Assembly: GCA_963785235.1 (NCBI GenBank)
Contig: CAWAUM010000011.1
Span: 160,001-224,000, forward strand
Direction: 5' to 3'
Origin: an uncultured delta proteobacterium
GTDB taxonomy: Bacteria > Desulfobacterota > Desulfomonilia > UBA1062
Length of the DNA stretch: 64,000 bases
The position numbers and the translations under genes are program-made. The notes under the pieces were generated by a model that was given only the letters and a program-made list of their open reading frames with translations, ran no database searches and was not told the DNA's origin. This document shows positions 9,517 through 23,436 of the stretch, piece by piece; position 1 is the stretch's first letter, and every line of letters starts with the position of its first letter.

Positions 9517-11199
9517 ATGTCTCCCAAATGGGTGTTCAAAGGGCAGGTTGATGACAATGCGTTGCCCGCCCTGAAGTTTACCCCTGCCTTCCGGTCGCTT
9601 GTGCGTAGTCGGGGCATGCTGGATCCTGCTCAAGTCCTGGATTATCTAAGACCCAATCTCGGCCAGCTCAAAGATCCCAGGGGCATGTTAGGGATTCATA
9701 AGGCCTGCGAGCGGATTGTGCAGGCCATTGATAAAAAAGAGACCATAGGTGTCTTTACAGACTACGATGTGGATGGTGTGTGCAGCGCAGTGCTCATCCA
9801 TCGGTTTCTTGTATTCATCGGCTGTGAGCCTCCTGTAATCTTCATCCCTGACAGGATCACCGATGGATATGGCCTGAACAGGCGGGGAATTGAAGAACTG
9901 CATACTAAGGGGGTGAGCCTGCTCGTCACAGCCGACTGCGGGATAACGGCTGTTGAAGAGGTGGGCTATGCCAACTCTTTGGGCATGGATGTCATCATCA
10001 CGGACCACCATGAGATTGATTCCGATGTCCCGGATGCATACGCCCTGATTAATCCTAAGCAGCCCGATTGTCTTTTCTTCGGAGAAGACCTCTGCGGTAC
10101 AGGGGTGGTCTTTCACCTGATTGTAGCATTACGCTCCCTGCTCAGGGAGCGCGGCTTTGGCGACCTGCCAAACCTCAAGGATGAGCTCGATATCGTTGCC
10201 ATGGCGACTGTAGCAGATTCGGTCAATCTCTCCGGGGTAAATCGCATCCTGGTCAAAGAGGGGCTGAACGTTATGAACTCCACGCTGCGGGTAGGTATCC
10301 AGGCGCTTGTAAAGGTGGCTGGCATAAAAAAAGAAGTCATCTCGCGCGACCTGGGTTTTATTTTGGGACCTCGGATAAATGCAGCAGGCAGGATATCTGA
10401 TGCCAGAAAGGCCTTTGATCTGCTTACCACGGATGATGAGACAAGGGCTAATATCCTGGCTCAGGAGCTTGACGGTCTGAACAGAAAAAGGCAGATCCAT
10501 GAGCAGAAGGTCCTGGCCATGGCCCTTGATCAATTAAAAGAGCAGCCTCCTTTGGAAAATGTGACCGTTGTATGGGGAAACGACTGGCACATCGGTGTTC
10601 TTGGTATTGTAGCATCACGGCTGGTGAATATCTACTCCAGGCCCGCCATAGTAGTGTCATTCATGGATGGCATCGGCACCGGTTCTGGCAGGTCGCTGGT
10701 GGGCATTGATCTGCACCGCTCTCTTGGTACCACGAATGGGCTGCTCAGCAGTTTCGGGGGGCACAAGATGGCCGTTGGATTGAGTATTTCTGAAGAACGG
10801 ATCACCTTGTTCTCTCAGGCCCTCAATGAGGCCATGGTGTTACAGAAAAACGAAGGGCAGATGACGTTCAAGGTTGATCTCAAGATCTCACCCTTTGATC
10901 TTACGCAGGGTTTTTTAGATGAGCTTGAATTGCTTTCCCCTTTCGGCGAAGGCAATCCTGAGCCGGTTTTCCTGATTCCATCCATGGAAATCGTGGGACG
11001 AAAGGTTTTTGAAGATGGCCAGACAAAGCTGATACTGAGGCATTCAAACAGGGTCTTTCATACGCTGCGGTGTGCTGTTGACTCTGAATTCTGTGAAAAA
11101 GGAAGATGCCTTGATGTAGCCTTTTCGCCGGTAAAGATACGCCTCAATGGGCATGATTATCTCTATCTGTCTATTAAGGCGCTTTCTGCTTCGAGCTGA
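9517..11199 (+). CDS. recJ: ssDNA exonuclease RecJ
   Basis: DYDVDG, TADCG, TDHH, GPRINAAGR, FGGHKMAVG, PFGEGNPEP. Confidence 0.95.
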   Translation: MSPKWVFKGQVDDNALPALKFTPAFRSLVRSRGMLDPAQVLDYLRPNLGQLKDPRGMLGIHKACERIVQAIDKKETIGVFTDYDVDGVCSAVLIHRFLVFIGCEPPVIFIPDRITDGYGLNRRGIEELHTKGVSLLVTADCGITAVEEVGYANSLGMDVIITDHHEIDSDVPDAYALINPKQPDCLFFGEDLCGTGVVFHLIVALRSLLRERGFGDLPNLKDELDIVAMATVADSVNLSGVNRILVKEGLNVMNSTLRVGIQALVKVAGIKKEVISRDLGFILGPRINAAGRISDARKAFDLLTTDDETRANILAQELDGLNRKRQIHEQKVLAMALDQLKEQPPLENVTVVWGNDWHIGVLGIVASRLVNIYSRPAIVVSFMDGIGTGSGRSLVGIDLHRSLGTTNGLLSSFGGHKMAVGLSISEERITLFSQALNEAMVLQKNEGQMTFKVDLKISPFDLTQGFLDELELLSPFGEGNPEPVFLIPSMEIVGRKVFEDGQTKLILRHSNRVFHTLRCAVDSEFCEKGRCLDVAFSPVKIRLNGHDYLYLSIKALSASS

Positions 11200-12109
11200 A
11201 TTGTTCAAGTAATGTCGTCTGGTCATTAAGGTACGTCTGGATCTCTTTGGGGATGAACCCCTTAGTGATCCTTGGGTGGCCTATGAGGAGCAGTGCAAAG
11301 ATACAAAGGACGAGCACAACATAGAGCGATGCCTGCTTGACCTTGCTCAGAAAGAGGCTCCGGGCAATGGATACATCACGTATGTCCTTGGCTCCCTCTG
11401 GAAATACCTCTACGAGACCGATATCGATAAGCCTGACCAGAGAGCTCAATGCCTCAAACGGGGGTTCGAGCGATTCCTTTACTATGCGTTCGACCGTCCT
11501 TTTTTCGTCGATCAGGTCATAGATATGCAGATCCACATCGCTCAGTTCATGATGACCCACGATCTCCTCGGTGATGGGGATGATGGTTACAGGGCAATAA
11601 TCCACCGGAGGTATCTTCTGCTTGATGGTGGGCCATTCGTCGATGATGCGTAATGTGTCGAGGATGGCGCCTTCTGTGGGTATGTGGCAGGAGAGCATGC
11701 TCGTTGATTCGGTATTCCAGTCATCGAATTTATAACCGCCCTCCCTCCACTGGAACACCTCAAGCAGGGTCTGCTTTATGACTACATTGGTTGCCCTCTC
11801 CAGGAATATTTTTTTCAACTGGCCTTTAGAGATTAATATCTCATGCCAGCGCTCTGAGTTTTTCTTCTCGTTTTCAAAGGCTGCCTTAAGGTCTTTTTCA
11901 TTGACATAGCCTGCCTTGAGGAGAACGTCGGAGCGGGGATCCCTCTCCCATTGATCAGAGGTTATGCCCACGATGACACCGTTTTCAAAGGTAATGGTCA
12001 CATTGGCCTTGGGTGAGGAGAGGATCAGCGCCCCTGTCTTCATCTGCTGGGAGATGAGCTGGAAAATCTCTGTGACGCCGAACCCTTTAAGTGTCCCGAG
12101 TAGTGACAT
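11174..12109 (-). CDS. DUF4388 (PatA-N-like) domain membrane protein
   Basis: N-terminus LLGTLKGFGVTEIFQLISQQMKTGAL, FQWREGGYKF, LRIIDEWP; C-terminal TM helix. Confidence 0.8.
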   Translation of the reverse strand: MSLLGTLKGFGVTEIFQLISQQMKTGALILSSPKANVTITFENGVIVGITSDQWERDPRSDVLLKAGYVNEKDLKAAFENEKKNSERWHEILISKGQLKKIFLERATNVVIKQTLLEVFQWREGGYKFDDWNTESTSMLSCHIPTEGAILDTLRIIDEWPTIKQKIPPVDYCPVTIIPITEEIVGHHELSDVDLHIYDLIDEKRTVERIVKESLEPPFEALSSLVRLIDIGLVEVFPEGAKDIRDVSIARSLFLSKVKQASLYVVLVLCIFALLLIGHPRITKGFIPKEIQTYLNDQTTLLEQFSSKQKAP

Positions 12110-12111
12110 CT

Positions 12112-13638
12112 TTACACCCCGTACCTTATGGGAGGGGCCTTATAAGCCCTTAGCAAGAGCAGACTGAGAGATATTACACCGATGATCCGGATAATCCCTG
12201 TATACTCAATTGTGACCGGGGTGAAGGAGATAATGAATTGCCCCCCGGTTATAATGGCCACAAGCGACACGCTTAATACACTCATTCGGATGAGCGCGGT
12301 GCTTGTCCGGTTGGTCAGGAAAGAACCGAGGCCCGGCAGCATAAGCTCAAGCCTCAGAAGCTTCTGATAGCTGAAGGTCTTATATTTCCTGATCTCTTCT
12401 CTCTTATGGTGGAGTATGCTGTTTTGCTGCTTCTTTGCCTTTACATCGATCCAGTGGCACTGGAGGCACATGGGATTTCCTGTTGGTGTCCTTGCGCCGG
12501 AATAGTGCAGCTTACCACACCGGCTGCAACGCTTGGTAAATTTGTCATCAGGGACATAGCTCATAATGAGAAAGACAAGGAAGCATCCGAGTGCGAGGAA
12601 GATTGACGCCTTCCTTGGGATCATGCCAAAGGCCAAAGTCCAGAGGGCATCAGCAACGGACCAAAGCTCCTGGGAAGGTTTCATTTGCCGTGAAAGCAGT
12701 AACCTCAGCGGTGAGTATTCCTGTATATACCTGGTCCTTCCTACAGCATTTTCTTCATCCAAGAGCCGTCGTACCCTATCGGCATCAATACCGCTTGCCG
12801 TGGCTATGGCCTTTTCTCCCTCATAGAAGTTATAGGAAGACTGATAGAGCCTGGACAGGTTGTAGTAGTAGATTGCGTTATCCGGCATGAGAGCAATGGA
12901 GTTCTGGAAGGCCTTGAATGCCTCTTTGCTTTTCCCTGAGCCGATAAATGCCAGCCCTAAATGGTTGTAAAACCTCGGATTGCCGGGGTCCAGATCGATG
13001 CTCCGATTGAGGAGCCTGATGGCTTCCGAATAATTTGATCGGCGGATGTCGATAAGCGCCATGGTGTTCATGGGCTCAGCGTCAGCCGGGTGAGTGGAGA
13101 TCCATGATGAAATTGTAGCGGCATCCGTTTCATTGGCCAGATTATGTTCAGTTGCATAGATCTGTCTGGTGATCTGGTTTTCGGTATACGTGATGAAGCC
13201 CGCCCCTATATGGGCCAGCCAGCTGGACATGAGGATGAGGAATACAAAGAAGAATGCTATCCGTTTTTCAGCAGGGATCAGATATCCCCACAAGAAAAAG
13301 ATCCACCAGAGCAATAGCATCATGGGGCCTACATCGAAGAACAGGGGTATCAGCAGAATGAAAAACATCCACATGATAAGACCCTTGTCCGGCAGATCAT
13401 TATTGGTAAAAGCCCTGAGGTCATTGAGCATCTGTGGTGTATATTTGTAGATCAGGCACACTCCCACCAGGAAAAGGAACAAAAGCGTGGCTGTAATAAC
13501 GAAAAAGTAACTATTGCCCAGGATTGTGCTGATGACCGGCCAGGATAAGGGAACCCCATTGAGGGTGATTATCGGCAGGATTCCTGAAAGCATCGGGGCT
13601 GCTTGCACACCTTTAACCCTCTGGTTTGAAGCCATCAA
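12112..13638 (-). CDS. Polytopic membrane protein with TPR repeats and a CxxC...CxxC Zn-ribbon-like motif
   Basis: TM helices, TPRs (AIRLLNRSIDLDPGNPRFYNHLG), CSRCG...CLQC, LPGLGSF. Confidence 0.8.
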   Translation of the reverse strand: MMASNQRVKGVQAAPMLSGILPIITLNGVPLSWPVISTILGNSYFFVITATLLFLFLVGVCLIYKYTPQMLNDLRAFTNNDLPDKGLIMWMFFILLIPLFFDVGPMMLLLWWIFFLWGYLIPAEKRIAFFFVFLILMSSWLAHIGAGFITYTENQITRQIYATEHNLANETDAATISSWISTHPADAEPMNTMALIDIRRSNYSEAIRLLNRSIDLDPGNPRFYNHLGLAFIGSGKSKEAFKAFQNSIALMPDNAIYYYNLSRLYQSSYNFYEGEKAIATASGIDADRVRRLLDEENAVGRTRYIQEYSPLRLLLSRQMKPSQELWSVADALWTLAFGMIPRKASIFLALGCFLVFLIMSYVPDDKFTKRCSRCGKLHYSGARTPTGNPMCLQCHWIDVKAKKQQNSILHHKREEIRKYKTFSYQKLLRLELMLPGLGSFLTNRTSTALIRMSVLSVSLVAIITGGQFIISFTPVTIEYTGIIRIIGVISLSLLLLRAYKAPPIRYGV

Positions 13639-14632
13639 GCTTGATGGCCAGGTCTATTCTGTATACCTTCATATCGCCCTCAATTTTTACCCTGATCGGA
13701 ACACTGATTGCATTTGCCGATATAATTTCTGCATTATCCGTGCCCACGATCTGAATCCTGCCTACTGAGGTCTTGAGGCCGGTCTCGGTTACGCTGGGTT
13801 CTGGCTCATCATATCTGGTCAAATTCAGCTCAGGTTCCATAGGGCGCTCAGGCGAAGGCTCTTGTCCCTTTGGTGATGGAGCGCGTTGAGAAAGGCCGCT
13901 CTGAGGTGATATGGCGGTCCGGGGTATGCCGGAGTCGAATAAACCTTGCTGTGGCTCACCTTGAGAGGACAAACTTGGATGAGCCAGGCCGGGAGAGGCA
14001 GGGGTTTTTTCTGCCAGGGCGCCCTGTGTTCTGGGCTGTTTACCGCTTGTCCCCATTTCAATATGCTGGAGAACCATTTTGGTGATCTTGGTGAGTGTCT
14101 CAAGAACGCCTTCCCCGGTGGTGGCCACGGACTCGAAGGACGGATAACCATAGGGATTGATCATCTGTTCCATCTCAGCGACGGATGTGACATCTGGAAG
14201 GTCTCTCTTGTTATACTGGATTACTATGGGGATGGTCTTGATGCTCTTCCCATAGTAATTCAGGTTCTCTTCCAGATTGTTCAGGCTCTCAATGTTCTCT
14301 TCCATCTTATCCCGCTGAGAGTCTGCTACGAATACAAGGCCGTCCACCCCTGTGAGAACTGCCCTTCGTGTGGAATTGTAATATACCTGGCCCGGGACCG
14401 TGTAGAAGTGGAGCCTGGTTTTGAATCCGCGGATATTTGCGATTTCAATGGGCAGAAAATCAAAGAACAAGGTCCGGTCAGCCTCTGTTGCCAGAGAGAC
14501 AAGCTTGCCCTTCTGATCCGGCTTGAGGCTGGCATAGATGGACTGGATGTTTGTTGTTTTCCCGCACACGGAAGGTCCATAATAGACGATCTTCGCCGAG
14601 ATCTCTTTCTTGGAATAATTAATGACTGCCAT
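13613..14632 (-). CDS. mglA: MglA-family small GTPase with a ~145-aa C-terminal extension
   Basis: KIVYYGPSVCGKTTN, DRTLFFDFLP, YTVPGQV, GVDGLVFVADSQ, QYNKRDL. Confidence 0.9.
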   Translation of the reverse strand: MAVINYSKKEISAKIVYYGPSVCGKTTNIQSIYASLKPDQKGKLVSLATEADRTLFFDFLPIEIANIRGFKTRLHFYTVPGQVYYNSTRRAVLTGVDGLVFVADSQRDKMEENIESLNNLEENLNYYGKSIKTIPIVIQYNKRDLPDVTSVAEMEQMINPYGYPSFESVATTGEGVLETLTKITKMVLQHIEMGTSGKQPRTQGALAEKTPASPGLAHPSLSSQGEPQQGLFDSGIPRTAISPQSGLSQRAPSPKGQEPSPERPMEPELNLTRYDEPEPSVTETGLKTSVGRIQIVGTDNAEIISANAISVPIRVKIEGDMKVYRIDLAIKLDGFKPEG

Positions 14633-15668
14633 ATTGTCCTCCACCCGCCAGGCGGATTATTTCAAGCTCAACATCTTTGAAATCCCTATGCTCTTTCTGA
14701 ATCTCCCTGAAGATGGACAAGGCTGCTGGATTATCACCCAAGGACTTGTATGTCTGGGCTATCTCGTAGAGGACCCCCACCTTCATTTCCGTGGATGTCT
14801 CTTCCAGCGATACCGCCTTCCCGAGAACGTCAAGAGACTCATGGAAGAGGCCCTTTTCCCTGTAGGTCAACCCAAGCATAACATAGGCATCATAGAGCTT
14901 CTCGCCCGTGCCGATAACCTTATTAAAAGACTCCACGGCCTCATCCAGAAGGCCTGTTTCCCTATAGGCAAGTCCCATATTGTATTGGAACAACGGATCA
15001 TCCATGCCTTCTTTTGAGGCGTTTTCCTCAATGGCCTTGAATACGGATTCCACACCTGTAGTATCCTCGTTGTCTTCAAAGGTTTCATCGATAGAGAACT
15101 CAGCCATTTCCTTTTCCAGTTGCTTGTCGAGTTCTTTGGTAAGATCATAGAAATCGGTTCGTTCAAACTCAGGCTTTGGAGCGGTCTTGGGAATGGCCTC
15201 TGTCATGGCCTTTTCCTTGACCTTGAAGGCGTGGACCTTCTTACTCATCTGGTTGATGGCCGGGTCCAACTCTGCTGCCTTCTGCATGTACATGGTGGCC
15301 TCTACGCTACTACCGTCCTTTTCGAGCATCTCTGCCAGCTTGACATACTGGGTTGCGGCCTCCCGGGAGAACCCCTGAACCCGATAGAGCTCGGCAAGCT
15401 TCTCATAAGGCCCTTCCCAGGATACGTTGATCTTGATCGCCTGCTTGTACAGCGCTATGGCCTTGGGGTAGAAACCTTTTTCACTGTAGATTTCTCCTAA
15501 ACGTACATAGACCTCGGAGGCGCTTTTGTGGTTGTTGGCCTTGAGATAGAGATCTCCCAGCTTCTTGAGGATCATGGTGTCGTTCGGGCGTTTTTCCAGG
15601 GCACCTTCACAGGCAGAGATCTCCTTGGATGCCTTGTTTCGCCCGAAGAGCTTGTCAAATATGCTCAT
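14619..15668 (-). CDS. TPR repeat protein
   Basis: N- and C-terminal TPR arrays separated by an acidic linker; YNMGLAYRETGLLDEA. Confidence 0.85.
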   Translation of the reverse strand: MSIFDKLFGRNKASKEISACEGALEKRPNDTMILKKLGDLYLKANNHKSASEVYVRLGEIYSEKGFYPKAIALYKQAIKINVSWEGPYEKLAELYRVQGFSREAATQYVKLAEMLEKDGSSVEATMYMQKAAELDPAINQMSKKVHAFKVKEKAMTEAIPKTAPKPEFERTDFYDLTKELDKQLEKEMAEFSIDETFEDNEDTTGVESVFKAIEENASKEGMDDPLFQYNMGLAYRETGLLDEAVESFNKVIGTGEKLYDAYVMLGLTYREKGLFHESLDVLGKAVSLEETSTEMKVGVLYEIAQTYKSLGDNPAALSIFREIQKEHRDFKDVELEIIRLAGGGQYGSH

Positions 15669-15828
15669 CTTTTAACAAAACCTTTCTCTTGGATAGTGCT
15701 TCTAACAGTCACAGGCTATGATATATGGTTCATCGGAGTACGGATATACAAACTTTAACCGGATTATCAAGAGATAACAAAGGTGAAATACATTTCAATG
15801 ATTCTAAAAAAAGTGATACGTAAAAATA

Positions 15829-16878
15829 ATGACAATTCCGGCAAAAGAGAATGCAATGTCAATCCTGGAAAGGATATCCCGAAAAGGACCGGGAGAAGAC
15901 CTCCTCAAGGTTACTGACCTGCACACTGCTTTTTTCACCCCCGAGGGTGTGGTGAAGGCTGTAGACGGTGTAACTTTAACACTGAAGGCGGGGCATACAC
16001 TGGGCATTGTGGGTGAATCCGGATGCGGAAAGACCGTACTGGCCCTTTCCGTCCTCAGGCTGGTCCCTGATCCGCCGGGTAAGATCACGCAGGGTTGCAT
16101 CTTATTCGAAGGTATTGACCTGCTGGGCCTGGATGAGGAAAGGATGCGTGCCATAAGGGGCAATAAGATTTCCATGATCTTCCAGGAGCCCATGACCTCG
16201 CTTAACCCCGTGTTTACCATCGGCTCACAGATCGCCGAGGTGATCCTTCTACACCAGCAGAAGCTTGCGGGCTCAAAAAAACAGGCCCTGGAGATTGCTG
16301 CGGATATGCTGAACATGGTCGGCATACCCGAAGCCCACAAGAGGATAAGGGATTATCCACACCAACTCAGCGGGGGCATGTGCCAGCGCGTTATGATTGC
16401 CATGGCCATGGCATGCAGGCCCACACTGCTCATTGCCGATGAACCCACCACGGCATTGGATGTGACCACTCAGGCTCAGATCCTGGGTCTCATGAGAGAC
16501 CTCAAGGAAGAGATCGGCACATCCATAATCCTGGTGACCCATGATCTTGGCGTTGTCGCACAGGTATGCCAGGATGTGGCTGTCATGTATACAGGCCATG
16601 TAGTGGAATATTCACAAGCAGATGAGATCTTTTCAGAGCCCCTGCACCCTTATACAAAGGGGCTCATGAAGTCCGTACCAAGGCTCAGGGGCGCCTTCAA
16701 GGGAGAGAGGCTCTATGCCATACCGGGGAATGTCCCCACCTTCAAGGATATGCCCTTAGGATGCACATTCAATCCCCGGTGCCCTGAGGTGATGGACATA
16801 TGCAGGGCCGAGTTTCCCCCGATCTTTTACCCTCGTGCGGGCCGAGAGGTCAGCTGCTGGAGGTACAAAGGGACATGA
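15829..16878 (+). CDS. Oligopeptide/dipeptide ABC transporter ATPase (OppD/DppD-like)
   Basis: [30 protein letters not shown]-terminal Cys motif. Confidence 0.93.
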   Translation: MTIPAKENAMSILERISRKGPGEDLLKVTDLHTAFFTPEGVVKAVDGVTLTLKAGHTLGIVGESGCGKTVLALSVLRLVPDPPGKITQGCILFEGIDLLGLDEERMRAIRGNKISMIFQEPMTSLNPVFTIGSQIAEVILLHQQKLAGSKKQALEIAADMLNMVGIPEAHKRIRDYPHQLSGGMCQRVMIAMAMACRPTLLIADEPTTALDVTTQAQILGLMRDLKEEIGTSIILVTHDLGVVAQVCQDVAVMYTGHVVEYSQADEIFSEPLHPYTKGLMKSVPRLRGAFKGERLYAIPGNVPTFKDMPLGCTFNPRCPEVMDICRAEFPPIFYPRAGREVSCWRYKGT

Positions 16879-17837
16879 ACCCTATCCTTAGTGTACAGGG
16901 GCTCAAGAAGTCCTTTCCCATCCGATCAGGCGCCTTCGGCAGGGCAGCCGGGTTTGTCCATGCCGTGAATGGTGTGGATCTCGAATTGTGGCCTAACGAG
17001 ACCTTGGGTCTTGTGGGGGAGTCGGGATGCGGCAAGACCACACTGGGTAGGCTGATCCTGAGGCTCTTGGACCCGGATAAGGGAAGTATCGACTTTGATG
17101 GGATGGATGTCTTGCAGGCAAATGGGGAAACCCTCAAGAAGATCCGCAGGGGCATGCAGGTGATCTTCCAGGACCCGTTGGGATCTTTGAATCCGAGAAA
17201 GAAGATCCGCTCCATCATTGAAGAGCCCATGATCGTCCACAAGACCGGGAACAAGGCCGAGATAAGCCGGAGGGTTCTGCTGTTGCTCGATATGGTCGGT
17301 TTAAGCACTGATATGCTGGGTCGTTATCCCCACGAGTTTTCAGGCGGACAGCGCCAGAGGATCTGTATTGCCCGGGCCCTGGCCATCAACCCCAAGCTCA
17401 TCATCTGTGACGAGCCGGTTTCCGCATTGGATGTATCTATCCAGGCCCAGGTCATAAACCTCCTGACCGATCTCCAGGCCCAGTTCAAGCTGTCTTATCT
17501 GTTCATCTCCCATGACCTTGCCGTTGTGGGATACCTGTCTCATCGCATTGCGGTCATGTACCAGGGCCGCATCGTGGAACTTGCGCCCTCACAGGCCATC
17601 TTCGACAACCCCCTCCACCCCTATACCCGGGGCCTTATGGCAGCAGTGCCTGAGGCTTTACCCAGGGCCCAGGGATCGATGTCGCTCCAGTCGCCTGCAG
17701 AAATCGCCGGCATTCAGAGCAGGACCGGTTGCCCATACAGGCCGTCCTGTCCCAAGGCCATGAAAGAATGCGACCTTGAAAGGCCGGAATTGAAGGAGGT
17801 AGAAAAGGGACACTTTGTGGCATGTTTCGGGATATAA
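16875..17837 (+). CDS. Oligopeptide/dipeptide ABC transporter ATPase (OppF/DppF-like)
   Basis: [30 protein letters not shown]; ATGA overlap with the upstream gene. Confidence 0.93.
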   Translation: MNPILSVQGLKKSFPIRSGAFGRAAGFVHAVNGVDLELWPNETLGLVGESGCGKTTLGRLILRLLDPDKGSIDFDGMDVLQANGETLKKIRRGMQVIFQDPLGSLNPRKKIRSIIEEPMIVHKTGNKAEISRRVLLLLDMVGLSTDMLGRYPHEFSGGQRQRICIARALAINPKLIICDEPVSALDVSIQAQVINLLTDLQAQFKLSYLFISHDLAVVGYLSHRIAVMYQGRIVELAPSQAIFDNPLHPYTRGLMAAVPEALPRAQGSMSLQSPAEIAGIQSRTGCPYRPSCPKAMKECDLERPELKEVEKGHFVACFGI

Positions 17838-17898
17838 GGTTACCATATGATGACAATGGAATGTTACCAAGCTCATGTGAGAGGACAAGAGAGGTATT

Positions 17899-19759
17899 GT
17901 GGACGGAATACATGGGCGATCATATCTGAAAACCATATTCTGGTTTTTGCTGATAAACTCAATTGTCTCCATTAGCTGTCAATTATTCCTATATCCTTAT
18001 CAGTCCTGGGCCAGAGAGCCTTCTGAGCAGGCTTTTCATCCATGGGGCCCTTTTATCGAATGTTGCCCTGGCCTATCTCATATTGGCCGGTTTGCTCAGC
18101 ATAGGGGTTTTTGTTAAGAAAAGGACTCATGTATTTCTTGGTCTTGCGGTTCTCCTGGTTACGGTCATGCATATGCTCAACGTGCTGGATATCATCATTT
18201 TCCGCATATTCAAGTACCACATCAACTCCATGGTGCTGGTTCTCGTTTTCACTGAAGGCGCCCGGGATTCTCTGCACATAGGGGCTGGTACCGTACTCAC
18301 GTACAGTGCCATAGTAAGTGGCGTCATCGCCTTTGAGATATTCCTCATACGTCTGAGCCAGAAAAGGCTGAGCCCCATGTCCGTTACCAGGAAGATCGTT
18401 TGGGTGAGCCTGATAATGTCATTCGTGTTCATTCTTGCGGACAAGGTCACCTATGCGGTTTCAGACCTCTTTAATGTCAGAGACGTCATCCGGTACACCA
18501 AGGTGTTTCCGCTCTATCGGGGTATAACCATAAAAAGGTTCATGGCCAGGCATTTTGGATTTGAAACCGACAGCATGGATGGAATTTCTTTCAAGAAAGG
18601 ACATTCAACGCTTGTGTACCCACTGGAGGCCCTGTCGAAAACCGGGCCCGGAAAAAAACCGAACATCATCTATATCGTCGTAGATGCATGGCGCTTTGAT
18701 ATGCTGAGTGAGCATGTCGCCCCCAACATCCACAGGTTTTCACAAGAGGCCGTTGTCTTTAAAAACCATTACAGCGGCGGCAATGCCACCAGGTTCGGTA
18801 TCTTCACCCTTATTTACGGGGTATATGGGACCTACTGGCACCCCTTTTTAGCCGAGCAGCAGAGCCCTGTCCTGCTCGATGAGTTGATGAAGCTGGGCTA
18901 TGACTTCAAGATCATTTCCAGCTCCAAGCTCACCAATCCGGAGTTTCGCAAGACCGCCTTTGTGAAGCTGCCGCAGTACATCAATGATACCCTGCCCGGA
19001 ACAAACGCACAGGAGAGGGACCCGGAGCTGGCCAAGGCCTTTATCTCCTGGCTTGATGAACGTGACAAGAAAAAACCCTTCTATGCCTTCCTGTATTTTG
19101 ACGCCCCCCATGGACCCTATAGCTATCCCGACCGGTTTGAAAGGTTCACACCATCCAACAAGTCGCCCAACTATGTCACTGCAGGCAGGAAAGATGCAGT
19201 GCCGCTTTTCAATAGTTACCGGAATGCGGTCTTCTTTGATGACTTCCTTACGGGCAAGGTCTTAGGCGCCCTCAGGAAGCACGGCCTTATGAAGGACACG
19301 ATCATCCTCATTACCGGCGACCACGGCGAGGAGTTCTTCGAGGCCGGTAACTGGGGCCATACGAGCGATTTCTCAAAATACCAGGCTCGGGTGTCTTGTG
19401 TCCTGTACATACCGGGTTATCCCCACCAGGAAATCACCTATCCCACGAGCCACCTGGATGTGGCGCCGACCTTCCTCAAGATGCTGGGGTATTCAACCCC
19501 TGTGGAGAAATATTCCCAGGGCCAGGACCTCTTCACGCCCGGAGGACATGCGTCTGTAATGGTTTCCGGGTGGTCGGATTGTGCGATCATCGATTCCCAA
19601 AATACCATTGTGCTGCCAACAGAGACATACAATGCAGGAAGCTCAGAGGTGCGAACCACCGACACGTATCAGCTTGTGCCGGATGAAAATGCCGTGTTCA
19701 AGAAGAAGCAGGATACTATCATGGCAGTCATGAAGAGGATGGGTGTATTCCTGAAGTAG
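17899..19759 (+). CDS. YejM/PbgA-like inner-membrane sulfatase-fold protein, frameshift near 17971
   Basis: Five N-terminal TMs; PNIIYIVVDAWR, HYSGGNATRFGIF, TGDHGEEF, TSHLDVAPT; N-terminus MDGIHGRSYLKTIFWFLLINSIVS lies in another frame. Confidence 0.75.
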
Positions 19760-19766
19760 TTGTTTT

Positions 19767-22407
<2,641 letters not shown>

Positions 22408-22623
22408 CTCTTCTGTACTCCCTTGTTGCCAAATAATATTGTTGGGATTTGTTTGGATCACCCCAACCTGTATAAATTGTAGGTTTTAGCAGCGGATGTT
22501 TCAAGATCTTTTCTTGTGATTGCTTGACACCCCCCTTGCCATACGATAAATCTCCTAACAGGTTCGCCGGTCAGTATTATGGATTATGGATGGCGGCTCG
22601 GTTACACAGTTGGGAAGGGGCTT

Positions 22624-23436
22624 ATGCATAAGGTAAAGATTCATGACATAACTATCGGTAACGGAGGCCTGGTTCTGATCGCAGGTCCGTGCGTCATCGA
22701 ATCAGAAGATCATGCCCTGTTCATGGCCCAAAACATCCGGGACATCGCCTCTCGCGTAGGGGTTCCCTATATCTTCAAGGCGTCTTTTGATAAGGCGAAC
22801 CGTTCGTCCATTGATTCATACCGCGGCCCCGGTCTCATCACGGGGCTTAAGATCCTGGAGAAGATCAAGAAACAATTATCCGTCCCGGTCATATCGGACA
22901 TCCATGAACCTTCCCAGGCAGGTCCTGCCGCAGAGGTTCTGGACATGCTCCAGATCCCGGCCTTCCTGTGCCGGCAGACGGATCTCTTGGTTGCAGCCGG
23001 TGCCACTGGCCTGCCGGTGAACATAAAGAAAGGGCAGTTCATGGCTCCATGGGACATGTCCAATGCTGCGGCAAAGGTTCAAAGTACGGGGAACAGCAAA
23101 ATCAGCCTCACCGAGCGCGGTGTGAGCCTGGGGTATAACAACCTGGTGTGTGACTTGAGGAGCCTTGCCATCATGCGCTCGCTTGGTTTTCCCGTGATCC
23201 TGGATGTGACCCACAGCCTACAGCTTCCAGGCGGGCAGGGCACATCTTCAGGTGGGAACAGCGAGTATATTCCACAGTTGGCACGTGCAGGGGTTGCCTT
23301 CGGGCTCGACGGCGTCTTCCTGGAGGTGCATGACAACCCGGCGCTGGCGCTGAGCGATGGGTCCAACAGCCTGAGACTAGATAAACTTGAGCCTCTCCTG
23401 ATTCAATTGAAAAAGATCCATGAGGTGGCCTCATGA
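22624..23436 (+). CDS. kdsA: KDO8P synthase
   Basis: IAGPCVIES, KASFDKANRSS, QIPAFLCRQTDL, KKGQF. Confidence 0.96.
   Translation: MHKVKIHDITIGNGGLVLIAGPCVIESEDHALFMAQNIRDIASRVGVPYIFKASFDKANRSSIDSYRGPGLITGLKILEKIKKQLSVPVISDIHEPSQAGPAAEVLDMLQIPAFLCRQTDLLVAAGATGLPVNIKKGQFMAPWDMSNAAAKVQSTGNSKISLTERGVSLGYNNLVCDLRSLAIMRSLGFPVILDVTHSLQLPGGQGTSSGGNSEYIPQLARAGVAFGLDGVFLEVHDNPALALSDGSNSLRLDKLEPLLIQLKKIHEVAS

Noticed and set aside
22470-22510. CIRCE or sigma-32 promoter for clpB
   Set aside because: No CIRCE repeat; CTTGAAA is present on the minus strand but the -10 match is too weak to call
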